64,000 nt of DNA, taken from positions 22,730 to 86,729 of the forward strand of contig CAYGWK010000004.1 of the NCBI GenBank assembly GCA_964353785.1. The letters run 5' to 3'. Source of the stretch: an uncultured Gammaproteobacteria bacterium (GTDB lineage: Bacteria; Patescibacteriota; Microgenomatia; CAYGWK01). This document shows positions 56,459 to 64,000 of this stretch, in pieces. Every line of letters starts with the position of its first letter. Within the stretch, counting starts at the first letter, position 1. Made by a program: the position numbers and the translations under genes. The notes beneath the pieces were generated by a model. It had not been told where the DNA came from and searched no databases. It saw only the letters and a program-made list of their open reading frames with translations.

Positions 56459-56539
56459 CTTGACAAGCGATACCCACTTGATGTTAACATTTACTCGGGA
56501 GGCTGTTTTTACCCCTTAGTATCCATTAAATCTTAACAA
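56459..56539 (+). promoter_or_regulatory. conserved promoter/operator-like motifs upstream of HTH-GT2 gene B
   Basis: CTTGACAAGCGATACCCACTTGATGTTAACATT and AGTATCCATTAAATCTTAACAA, ending 6 nt before the ATG. Confidence 0.45.
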
Positions 56540-56545
56540 CTGCCA

Positions 56546-59500
56546 ATGTCGCCTAAATACACTGCTCAAGAAAGATTAAAGCTAATTGAAAGAGTAATCC
56601 TTGGTGGCGAGAAGGCAGCAGAAGTCTGTCGCAAAGCAGGAATCTCTCGAGTTTTGTTCTATAGTTGGCTTAAGAAATACCGTGAGGCTGGTCAACAAAT
56701 AGAGGCTTTAGTTCCTGGAAAGAAGAAAATCTCAATTTCTCCAAGAAAAGTCACTCCCCAGAAAGAAAAACAAATCCTCGCCATAGTTAAAGAGCATCCC
56801 CAGTGGTCAACTAAAAAAATAAGCGCCGCTTTGCCCAAAGAACCCTCGGGAAAGCCAATTGTCGGCAATCATGGGGTCCAGAATGTCCTTCAAAGACTTA
56901 ATCTTTCAACCCGAGAGGAAAGAACTGCTTATATAAAGGCAGTTAGCAGACCAAAAGAGGAAGTGCTAACTGGAGTTCAGCTTACGCCTGAACAGAAACT
57001 AGAGATGCTTGAAAAGGTAGTCATTGGTAAAGAAAAGGTAAGCAAAGTTTGTCAGGAATATGGGATTTCCAGAACCCTTTTCTACAGACTTAAAAGACGT
57101 TATGAAGAGGCGGCTTTGGAAGAAAAACTGCGGGCGGTTGCCCCAGCGGTTCGCCATATAGAAAGGTATTGGCGGCAAACTCCGGAGAGGTATGAAAGAG
57201 CAGTTTTGGATCTGGTGGGAAAGCACCCAGAATATTCAGTTCGTAAACTGGTTGCCCATTTGCCAGAAGTGGCTGGCGTTCCCATTGTTGGTCATCATGG
57301 AGTCCAAAATATCCTGCACCGATATAATCTTTCTTTATATGAGCAAAGACAAGCTTTCGCTTCGGCCCAAGTGACGCCAATTACCCGGTTTGTTGGCGCT
57401 TTCGAACAAGCCTTTGCTAGACTTTTTGTCTTTCCAGTTGAGACAAGAGCGGCCGTGGTCAGATTTTTGGGGATTGCTGCCGCAAGCACTTTTGCTACTG
57501 TTGTGGTTTTAGGTAGTTTGGGATATTTTGCTACAGTTTTCAAGGGAGTTGCTCCAATTTACCGACCCGGATTAGCCTTTGCCTCAATCGCTCTTTCAGT
57601 TGGTTCTATTTTTTTCCTCTATTCAATGAAGTACTACTTTACTTTGGCCATAGTTTTGTCTTTCTCCCGCCAGCCAGGAGAACCAGCAGTTTTGGGACTA
57701 AATGGAGAATTTAAGAAAAATGGCAACGGGGGATGGCTTTCAAGGATTTTTGGCCTCCGGCCCAACGGGCCGATAGGCCCGGAGGGTTTGGGCAAAGGCA
57801 AAGAACGGCGAGTGGTTGGGCTTGAGCCAAATCTTGAATCAGTTAAACTTGAAAAACATCCTTTTGTCTCTGTTCACCTACCTTTTTATAATGAGAAAAA
57901 AGTGGCGGAGCGAATTTTATCTGCCTGTACCTCTTTTGACTATCCAAACTATGAGGTAATTGTGGTTGATGATTCCACTGATGAAACAGTTGAGATTTTA
58001 AAAGGTTGGCAGAATCATCCAAAAGTCAAAATTGTCCACCGCCAAACTCGAGAGGGATTTAAAGGAGGAGCCCTTCGGGAAGCCCTAAAACACACGGATC
58101 CCAAAGCCGAGTTTGTCGTTGTCTTTGATGCTGACTTTATTCCTTATCCTGATACTTTGGAATTATTTTTGAAATACTTTAAAACCTACAATCAGGATTC
58201 AGAGGATTTCTCTAAATCAAATATTGCCTGCGTTCAAGGATATCAATGGCATGTTTTAAACAAGTCTGAAAATTGGATTACTCGGGGAATAAGAAGCGAA
58301 TATGCTGGCTCGTATGTTATTGAGCGTTCTGGCACTGAAGTCTTAGGAGCGCTAAAACAAATTGCCGGTTCAGTCTACATGGTTCGGGCAGACCTCCTTA
58401 AGAAATTTGGTTGGGGGACTTCAATTACCGAAGATTTTGAGCTAACCTTGAGGCTTTATGAACAAGGCTACAAAGTGGTTTACACTCCCTATGTTCAAGG
58501 TCCGGCAGAGTGCGTCTCTACCATCAAGCGTTTAATTCGCCAAAGAATGAGATGGGCAGAAGGACATAGCCATAATGTTCGGAAAATGTTTTTAAGGCTT
58601 CTTGGGTCGCCTAGGATGACTTTAACCGAGAAAATGGAGTTCCTCTACCTTTCTCCCTATTATCTTCAGGCTTTCTTTTTCTTGGTGGGCACTTTTTCCT
58701 GGCTTATGGCGGAGACTGTCTTTAGGGCTCGCCTTCCTTTCTGGACTTCTCTTTGGGGCTGGTCGCTTGTTTTAACTAACTTTTTCTCTTTGCCTTTAAT
58801 GAATGCGGTTGGTTTGTTTTTGGAAGAAGGGGAAAATAAAGATTATTTAGGAATCTTATCTTTTATTGCTTTATCTTACCTTCTGGTTCCCTTCCAAGCC
58901 TATGCTTCAGTAAAAGGGTTTTTAGAGAGAGAAGAAGGACCTTGGTTTAGGACGCCTAAAACTGGTCTTATTACCGACATCTTTACCCGAGGAAAATTCT
59001 ATCGCTGGATTTCGGGGATTATTCCTGGAAGACGGCCAGCGGTTGTCCCTGCCCCTGGAGGAGTTTTGGGGAACAAACCAGCCTGGGCAACCAATCCTTA
59101 TCTCGCTTTGGCGACGGCGAATAATCGGTTTGAGGATTTTCAGATTAAAAGAAAAAGACTGCCTTGGGTGGCTAGGGCGGCCTTGGCGATCCTCTTAATT
59201 TTTACCACCACCTTTTTTCAACTGTCCCAGAATATAAAAGTGGTCCAGGCCACCGGGATGGTAAGTCCTTTAAAACTTTCTCAAGGGCAAGTCGGTGATG
59301 GGACATGGCCTGCCTGGGGGAATTATATGACGAATAACAGTAATGGCTATGGCACGGGAACCTTATTTAGGTTTAATAGAAGGAACGCTAATTCCAGTGG
59401 TAATAATTATACCTGGTATACCAATCTTTTACCAGTATCCGATGGGGGGGATGCGGCGAGTGTTCCCGCTGGCCAGTATTTTGTCCAGCTAGCCAAATCC

Positions 59501-59998
59501 GGCTATAGCGCCGCCGGCAACTACATTAATTTTGGTTTACAGCTTCTTTTAACCAATAATAATGGGACTACCAGGACACAGATTTTATGGGGCATCCAAC
59601 AAATAAACACCAGTGATCTCAATAATACTATCTTTCAATATTATGTTGGTAATAAATCAGCGGCCAATACGATCACCTACGCGGCTAGGAACCGGTTTGC
59701 TTTGAGGGTTCTCTATATCAATGCCAACACCACCTCAGCCACGGTTAATTGGTTAATTAACAATAGTACTGTTCCCGCCAGGCTCTTTTTGCCCGGAAAC
59801 TTAATCATCCCGGAGATTCCTCTACCAATGGTCATGGCAATGATGCTGGCGATCATGCCGGTGCTGCCGACACTCGTTTCCGGTCGGTTGCGGAAACCAG
59901 GGCAAAACATTTTTGAGGAATTCTTCTTAGCTTGGAAAGATTTGATGAGGCAATTAACAGGGAAAGGGGAGGAGGCGTTGGACGAATTGCCGGTATAG
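56546..59998 (+). CDS. giant fusion protein paralog: duplicated transposase-like HTH N-terminus + processive GT2 + Asn-rich extracellular C-terminal domain
   Basis: HTH modules (AGISRVLFYSWLKKY; YGISRTLFYRLKRRY) plus GNHGVQNVL/GHHGVQNIL segments; GT2 motifs HLPFYNE, DADF, TEDFELTLR, QRMRW nearly identical to 46458 gene; C-terminal IPEIP-TM-RLRK tail. Confidence 0.75.
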   Translation: MSPKYTAQERLKLIERVILGGEKAAEVCRKAGISRVLFYSWLKKYREAGQQIEALVPGKKKISISPRKVTPQKEKQILAIVKEHPQWSTKKISAALPKEPSGKPIVGNHGVQNVLQRLNLSTREERTAYIKAVSRPKEEVLTGVQLTPEQKLEMLEKVVIGKEKVSKVCQEYGISRTLFYRLKRRYEEAALEEKLRAVAPAVRHIERYWRQTPERYERAVLDLVGKHPEYSVRKLVAHLPEVAGVPIVGHHGVQNILHRYNLSLYEQRQAFASAQVTPITRFVGAFEQAFARLFVFPVETRAAVVRFLGIAAASTFATVVVLGSLGYFATVFKGVAPIYRPGLAFASIALSVGSIFFLYSMKYYFTLAIVLSFSRQPGEPAVLGLNGEFKKNGNGGWLSRIFGLRPNGPIGPEGLGKGKERRVVGLEPNLESVKLEKHPFVSVHLPFYNEKKVAERILSACTSFDYPNYEVIVVDDSTDETVEILKGWQNHPKVKIVHRQTREGFKGGALREALKHTDPKAEFVVVFDADFIPYPDTLELFLKYFKTYNQDSEDFSKSNIACVQGYQWHVLNKSENWITRGIRSEYAGSYVIERSGTEVLGALKQIAGSVYMVRADLLKKFGWGTSITEDFELTLRLYEQGYKVVYTPYVQGPAECVSTIKRLIRQRMRWAEGHSHNVRKMFLRLLGSPRMTLTEKMEFLYLSPYYLQAFFFLVGTFSWLMAETVFRARLPFWTSLWGWSLVLTNFFSLPLMNAVGLFLEEGENKDYLGILSFIALSYLLVPFQAYASVKGFLEREEGPWFRTPKTGLITDIFTRGKFYRWISGIIPGRRPAVVPAPGGVLGNKPAWATNPYLALATANNRFEDFQIKRKRLPWVARAALAILLIFTTTFFQLSQNIKVVQATGMVSPLKLSQGQVGDGTWPAWGNYMTNNSNGYGTGTLFRFNRRNANSSGNNYTWYTNLLPVSDGGDAASVPAGQYFVQLAKSGYSAAGNYINFGLQLLLTNNNGTTRTQILWGIQQINTSDLNNTIFQYYVGNKSAANTITYAARNRFALRVLYINANTTSATVNWLINNSTVPARLFLPGNLIIPEIPLPMVMAMMLAIMPVLPTLVSGRLRKPGQNIFEEFFLAWKDLMRQLTGKGEEALDELPV

Positions 59999-60030
59999 AA
60001 AAGCGTCTAGCGTCTAGCGTTTAGCGTCTA
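59999..60030. repeat. heptamer tandem repeat (CGTCTAG x4, one variant)
   Basis: AGCGTCTAGCGTCTAGCGTTTAGCGTCTAGG immediately upstream of the 60038 ATG. Confidence 0.7.
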
Positions 60031-60037
60031 GGGGATA

Positions 60038-61891
60038 GTGATGGAAGAGAAGATTTTAAAACAAAGAATTATTTTTCGAAGATTAATTCAAGCTTTTATT
60101 ATCTTGTCAGTCTTGGTGATGGCGGTGGCCGAAATTAATCAGGAAAACGACCTTTTCTGGCAGATAAAGATGGGAGAGCAAATCTGGGAAACCCATACTT
60201 TTCCCACCACTGACCCTTATAACTTCAGCAATCCTGGAGCGGTCTGGACATTAGAGGAATGGTTGCCCGCGGTGTCGTTTTATTTGATTTACAGCCGTTT
60301 TGGTCCAGCAGGACTGATTCTTTACAAAGCCGTGGTCATTGCTTTGATCTTCTGGCTGTTTATGATTCTTTTTAATCGCTTAAAAGTAAACCTCTATTTA
60401 TCTTCAGGAGTCTTGCTTTTGGCAGCGATGGTCAATAGTCGAGGAATTTGGACGGTTTTTCCCTCGATTTTTGAATATCTTTTTATCGTCTTAACCATTC
60501 TCATGCTCGAATTTTATCGAGACAAGAAATTCCGCCTGATACCGTTTTTTTTAATTTTCCTTTCCTTGCTTTGGGTTCAGTCTCATGCTTCTTTTTTTCT
60601 GCTTTCGGGGATAATCGCGGCTTATCTTTTTGGGGATTGGCTGGTGTCTTTTTTAAAGAGAAGATGGGCTGGTTATCAGCCTCAAGGTTCTGCGTTTGAG
60701 AAAAGACAACAAAAATCACTTCTAGTGGTTTTCCTGTTGTCTCTGGTGATGCCGCTCATAAGCCCGAATGGCTATTGGCTGCCTCTTTATCCTTTCAGAA
60801 TTACTTTTGGTCGATTCACTCCCTATGTTTCTGAATACCAAAGATTTTGGCATGTTTGGAATTGGAATTGGGTTGATTTTATTCATGGCTTCACCTTGAT
60901 TTTAATTATCTTAATGGTTTTCTTTTTTATCATCTCGATGAAGAAATTGCACCCGACTGATTTATTTCTGGGAATTTTCTTCACCATCTTGGCTTTAACC
61001 GCGGTGCGGCACGTGGCTATTTTTGCTTTAGTAGCGCTTTTTTTAATTAGCCGTTACCTAACGGTTTGGTTCGGAGAGTACCGGGGCTTTTTTAAAAGGT
61101 CGCTCCTCAAAGACACGATTCTGGTGCTGCTGATTTTCGTTTTTGTTATCTTTTACAAAACTCAGCTGGTTCCCTTTGGGTTTGGGTGGTCCGAGAAAGG
61201 TTATCCTAGGGAAGCAGCAGAGCTTATAAATAAAAGTGATCTTTCGGGAAATATGTTTAATCATTATAACTATGGCGGCTACCTTATCTGGAAGATGCCA
61301 AAATATAAGGTTTTTATTGACGGCAGACTGGAAATGTATCAAGGACAGGCAGGCCGGGATTATCTCAAGATAATCTCCGCCGAAAAAGGCTATCTCGACC
61401 TGCTAAAAAAATACCAGATTAATTTTTTTATCAGTTATCTAAGAGACCCAATCATTAGTGCTCTGATTGATGATCCCAACTGGGTCTGTGTTTATTATGA
61501 TGACAATTACATCGTTTTGGTTAAGAATAATGCGGCTAATCAAGCCTTTCTGGCTTCCTATTCGGCCAAAGGGTTTGAAGAAGAGTTTAAAAAAAAGTAT
61601 AAGTCATCGGTGGCTCAAGCAAGGGCGGAAGAATTCCACAACCGGGGCTTAGAGGAAATCAAAAAGAAAAATTATGAGGCAGCCTTGTATTTTTTCCAAC
61701 AGGCTGTCCTAGAAAACCCTAAATTTATTGTCGCTCATCTTAATTTAGCCCAAGCCTATCTTGATGTGGGTTTGTACAGTCAAGCGGCCTACGAATATCA
61801 GGCAGTCCTGGAAAATGAGCCGGGCAATGAAGTGGCGCGCAAAAATCTGGAAAGACTGGAAAAATTAAATGAAGAGTTTAAGATTTTCTGA
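60038..61891 (+). CDS. polytopic membrane protein (GT-C-like) with C-terminal TPR repeats
   Basis: ~12 TM helices then TPR-like repeats (EAALYFFQQAVLENPKF..., AHLNLAQAYLDVGLY...). Confidence 0.5.
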   Translation: MMEEKILKQRIIFRRLIQAFIILSVLVMAVAEINQENDLFWQIKMGEQIWETHTFPTTDPYNFSNPGAVWTLEEWLPAVSFYLIYSRFGPAGLILYKAVVIALIFWLFMILFNRLKVNLYLSSGVLLLAAMVNSRGIWTVFPSIFEYLFIVLTILMLEFYRDKKFRLIPFFLIFLSLLWVQSHASFFLLSGIIAAYLFGDWLVSFLKRRWAGYQPQGSAFEKRQQKSLLVVFLLSLVMPLISPNGYWLPLYPFRITFGRFTPYVSEYQRFWHVWNWNWVDFIHGFTLILIILMVFFFIISMKKLHPTDLFLGIFFTILALTAVRHVAIFALVALFLISRYLTVWFGEYRGFFKRSLLKDTILVLLIFVFVIFYKTQLVPFGFGWSEKGYPREAAELINKSDLSGNMFNHYNYGGYLIWKMPKYKVFIDGRLEMYQGQAGRDYLKIISAEKGYLDLLKKYQINFFISYLRDPIISALIDDPNWVCVYYDDNYIVLVKNNAANQAFLASYSAKGFEEEFKKKYKSSVAQARAEEFHNRGLEEIKKKNYEAALYFFQQAVLENPKFIVAHLNLAQAYLDVGLYSQAAYEYQAVLENEPGNEVARKNLERLEKLNEEFKIF

Positions 61892-63344
61892 GATGCTAAA
61901 AAATAGCCGACCAATCTTTAAGTTAACCTTTCTCTTTTTTATTGCCAGTCTTCCTTTATTCTTGAGTTCAAGCATTTTCTTTTTAAAAGACCCGCCGGTT
62001 TGGCCAGATGAGGCCTTTATTTTGGATACGGCAGAAACCTTTAACCAAACAGGAGAGTTAGCGACGGATATTTTTGGGGCGGCCGGCATGGGTCTGGAAA
62101 AACAAGCCCTTTGGTATCCACCGCTTTATTTTTATACTTTAGCGGCCTGGATTAAAGTTTTTGGGTCAACCATCGAATCAACCAGGTTTTTATCACTTTT
62201 ATTGGCCTTCTTTGCCCTCGCCCTCGTTTTCTTCCTGATAAGAAAAATGTTTAAAGAAAACTTTTTGGCGGTTTTGGGGACGGCTTTGGTGGCTTTTGAT
62301 ATCAGTTTTGCCAGCTCGGCCCGGATGGCCCGGATGGAAATGCTGTGCTTTTTTTTCCAAATGGTTTCTCTGGTCATCTTTTATCTTATTGAACAAAGGA
62401 AAGAGAAACGATATTTTGCCTATCTTTTCGTGGGCGTGTTTTCGAGTTTGGGGATACTGACTCATCCTTTGGGATTAATCTTGCCGGCAGTCATTTTCGT
62501 TTACCTTCTGTTCGTTGGCGGTACGCTTAAAGAAAGAGTCTTAAAAGGTTTTTTGATTGCCTTGCCCATGGTTTTATTCATCGGGAGTTGGCTTTTGAGC
62601 ATCAGAGACTGGTGGGATTTATTTCTTCTCCAAAACAAACTTCAGTTAGCGAGAAAAACCTTATTCCAACCTTATATCTGGGTTCTTTTCTCAAATATTC
62701 TTTCTTGGCGATTGTTGTTTGTGCTTAATGGAGCGGTTTTTTATGGTTTGGTGAGGTTAGTCGTTAAGTATAGAAAAAAACCTGATATTTTGTTGTTTTT
62801 AGGACTAATTATTTCCACCGCTGTTCTTATTTGGGGAAAAGAAAGTTGGTATACGTTATATTTTCAACCCTTTATTGCTTTAGCTATCCTGACCATATTG
62901 AAGAGAGCAAAAGAGGATAAAGAATGGTTAATTTTTAAAAGCACGGTCTTCATTATCATTTTATTATTTTTAATTAATGGGTGGTTATATTGGGAGACAT
63001 GGCAAAAAAGAGGGAGAGGTAATTATGATTACCATGATTTAACACAAAGAGTGGCCAGGGTTTTACCCAAACAGGGCAAAGTCTTTTTAGCGGCCATCCC
63101 TGATCCTTATTATGACCTTAAAAGAGAGAGCCAATTAGAGTTTTTTGAATTTTCAACAGTTCCCGTATCTGATGAAGTCTTCCAAAGAGTCTTAGACTCT
63201 TCTGACTACATTGTTTTCTGGATTTTAGATAAGAGGATTATTGAATATGTTGATCGTAATGCGGAGACGGAAACAGCGATTCAACAGCCAAAAGGGTATA
63301 AGGTGCTCGTGATTAAGCTTGTCCCACAAGATAAAAGGCGATAA
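61869..63344 (+). CDS. GT-C-family glycosyltransferase, PMT/ArnT (GT39/GT83)-like
   Basis: First periplasmic loop with WPDEAF (DE motif), ~11 TM helices, soluble C-terminal domain. Confidence 0.55.
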   Translation: MKSLRFSEMLKNSRPIFKLTFLFFIASLPLFLSSSIFFLKDPPVWPDEAFILDTAETFNQTGELATDIFGAAGMGLEKQALWYPPLYFYTLAAWIKVFGSTIESTRFLSLLLAFFALALVFFLIRKMFKENFLAVLGTALVAFDISFASSARMARMEMLCFFFQMVSLVIFYLIEQRKEKRYFAYLFVGVFSSLGILTHPLGLILPAVIFVYLLFVGGTLKERVLKGFLIALPMVLFIGSWLLSIRDWWDLFLLQNKLQLARKTLFQPYIWVLFSNILSWRLLFVLNGAVFYGLVRLVVKYRKKPDILLFLGLIISTAVLIWGKESWYTLYFQPFIALAILTILKRAKEDKEWLIFKSTVFIIILLFLINGWLYWETWQKRGRGNYDYHDLTQRVARVLPKQGKVFLAAIPDPYYDLKRESQLEFFEFSTVPVSDEVFQRVLDSSDYIVFWILDKRIIEYVDRNAETETAIQQPKGYKVLVIKLVPQDKRR

Positions 63345-63352
63345 AGGAGAGA

Positions 63353-64000
63353 ATGAACAAAAAACAAATTGTTTTTTTTGATGTTGATCATACTCTGATT
63401 CCGAGAACATCGGCTGAGGCGCTTTTTGGCCGCTGGTTACTGCTTCGTGGGTTAATTCCCCTTGGCAATTTTTTTGAGGGAGCGAAATTCTTTTTCTTAA
63501 ATTTTAGGAAGCTGGGGATAGCGGCAATAAAAGCTGACAAGATGTATCTTCGGGGGTTTGAAAGAGGGGAACTGGAACTCTTGGCAAAGCAAGCAACAGT
63601 AGAGTTGATTGGTCGGCATATCTCAAAGAAAGGGGTGAGGACGATTAAAAATCTGCAAGAAGAGGGAAAGGAAGTCGTCCTTCTTTCCGGCTCACCGGAC
63701 GTGATTATCAAAGAAATAAAAGATTTAGTCGGAGCCGAAGAGATGATTGCGGCTGAATTGGAGTGGAGGAATGGTAGGGCGACGGGCTTGGTTAAAGGCA
63801 TCTGGCCTTATGGCCAGGGAAAGCTTCTGGCCGCTTCTCGATACGCTCAAAAAGAGGAGATTAAGTTAGCTGATTGTACTGCCTATGCCAACGCTTTGGC
63901 TGATTTGCCCTTACTAAGAGCGGTTGGCAGGCCGGTAGTGATTAATGCGGATTGGCGTTTGCTTTGGTGGGCCAAAAAGCAGGGATGGCCTCTTGATTAT
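63353..64000 (+). CDS. HAD-superfamily hydrolase (subfamily IB-like), 3'-truncated by window end
   Basis: Motif I FFDVDHTL (DxDxT), motif II LSGSP, later K and D motifs; RBS AAAGGAGA; no stop before the window edge. Confidence 0.65.
   Translation, partial: MNKKQIVFFDVDHTLIPRTSAEALFGRWLLLRGLIPLGNFFEGAKFFFLNFRKLGIAAIKADKMYLRGFERGELELLAKQATVELIGRHISKKGVRTIKNLQEEGKEVVLLSGSPDVIIKEIKDLVGAEEMIAAELEWRNGRATGLVKGIWPYGQGKLLAASRYAQKEEIKLADCTAYANALADLPLLRAVGRPVVINADWRLLWWAKKQGWPLDY

Noticed and set aside
59999-60030. CRISPR array possibility for the tandem repeats
   Set aside because: The units are 7-14 nt with no spacers. No CRISPR-like repeat-spacer architecture or cas genes are present anywhere in the window.
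63388-63801. ORF 63388..63801 (-), 137 aa
   Set aside because: It is antisense to a plus-strand HAD hydrolase reading frame that has clear DxDxT and downstream HAD motifs and a good RBS.
1-64000. Alternative genetic code (UGA recoding, as in some CPR lineages)
   Set aside because: Well-supported genes such as ftsH, the DUF72 gene, the GT4 gene and the DsbA-like gene terminate at TGA exactly where homolog-length proteins should end. Standard code 11 therefore fits.

Overview
Low-GC (~38-40%), gene-dense bacterial window in standard genetic code (genes terminate cleanly at TGA/TAA/TAG). Gene content and compactness suggest a small-genome, CPR/Patescibacteria-like organism. Supported calls include: two tandem class-A penicillin-binding proteins; an nrdR plus class II nrdJ operon; ATP-dependent DNA ligase; a 5'-3' exonuclease; mutM; recF; ftsH; trpS; pth; trxA/trxB; three tRNA(-like) genes. 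There are also many small hypothetical membrane proteins. The first ~45 kb is mostly housekeeping, but it carries three separate places where the 3' end of a resident gene is tandemly duplicated around small inserted cassettes (a HigB/HigA toxin-antitoxin, two orphan ORFs) or an empty scar. It also carries a GC-rich islet next to a tRNA-like minihelix, a two-copy GC-rich noncoding repeat family, and a tRNA-Ile(UAU) directly abutted by a tyrosine recombinase. The last ~18 kb (about 45.9-63.3 kb) is an accessory glycan-synthesis and envelope locus built around two paralogous giant proteins. Each fuses a duplicated transposase-like HTH DNA-binding N-terminus to a processive (cellulose-synthase-like) GT2 core and a large extracellular C-terminal domain with a sorting-signal-like tail. 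Each is preceded by conserved promoter and operator-like motifs. Around them sit GT-C-type membrane glycosyltransferase-like genes, an S2P/M50 protease and an inserted minus-strand block. I regard the HTH-GT2 paralog system and the gene-3'-end-duplicating cassette insertions as the most novel signals. All calls come from reading motifs by eye, with no database search possible.
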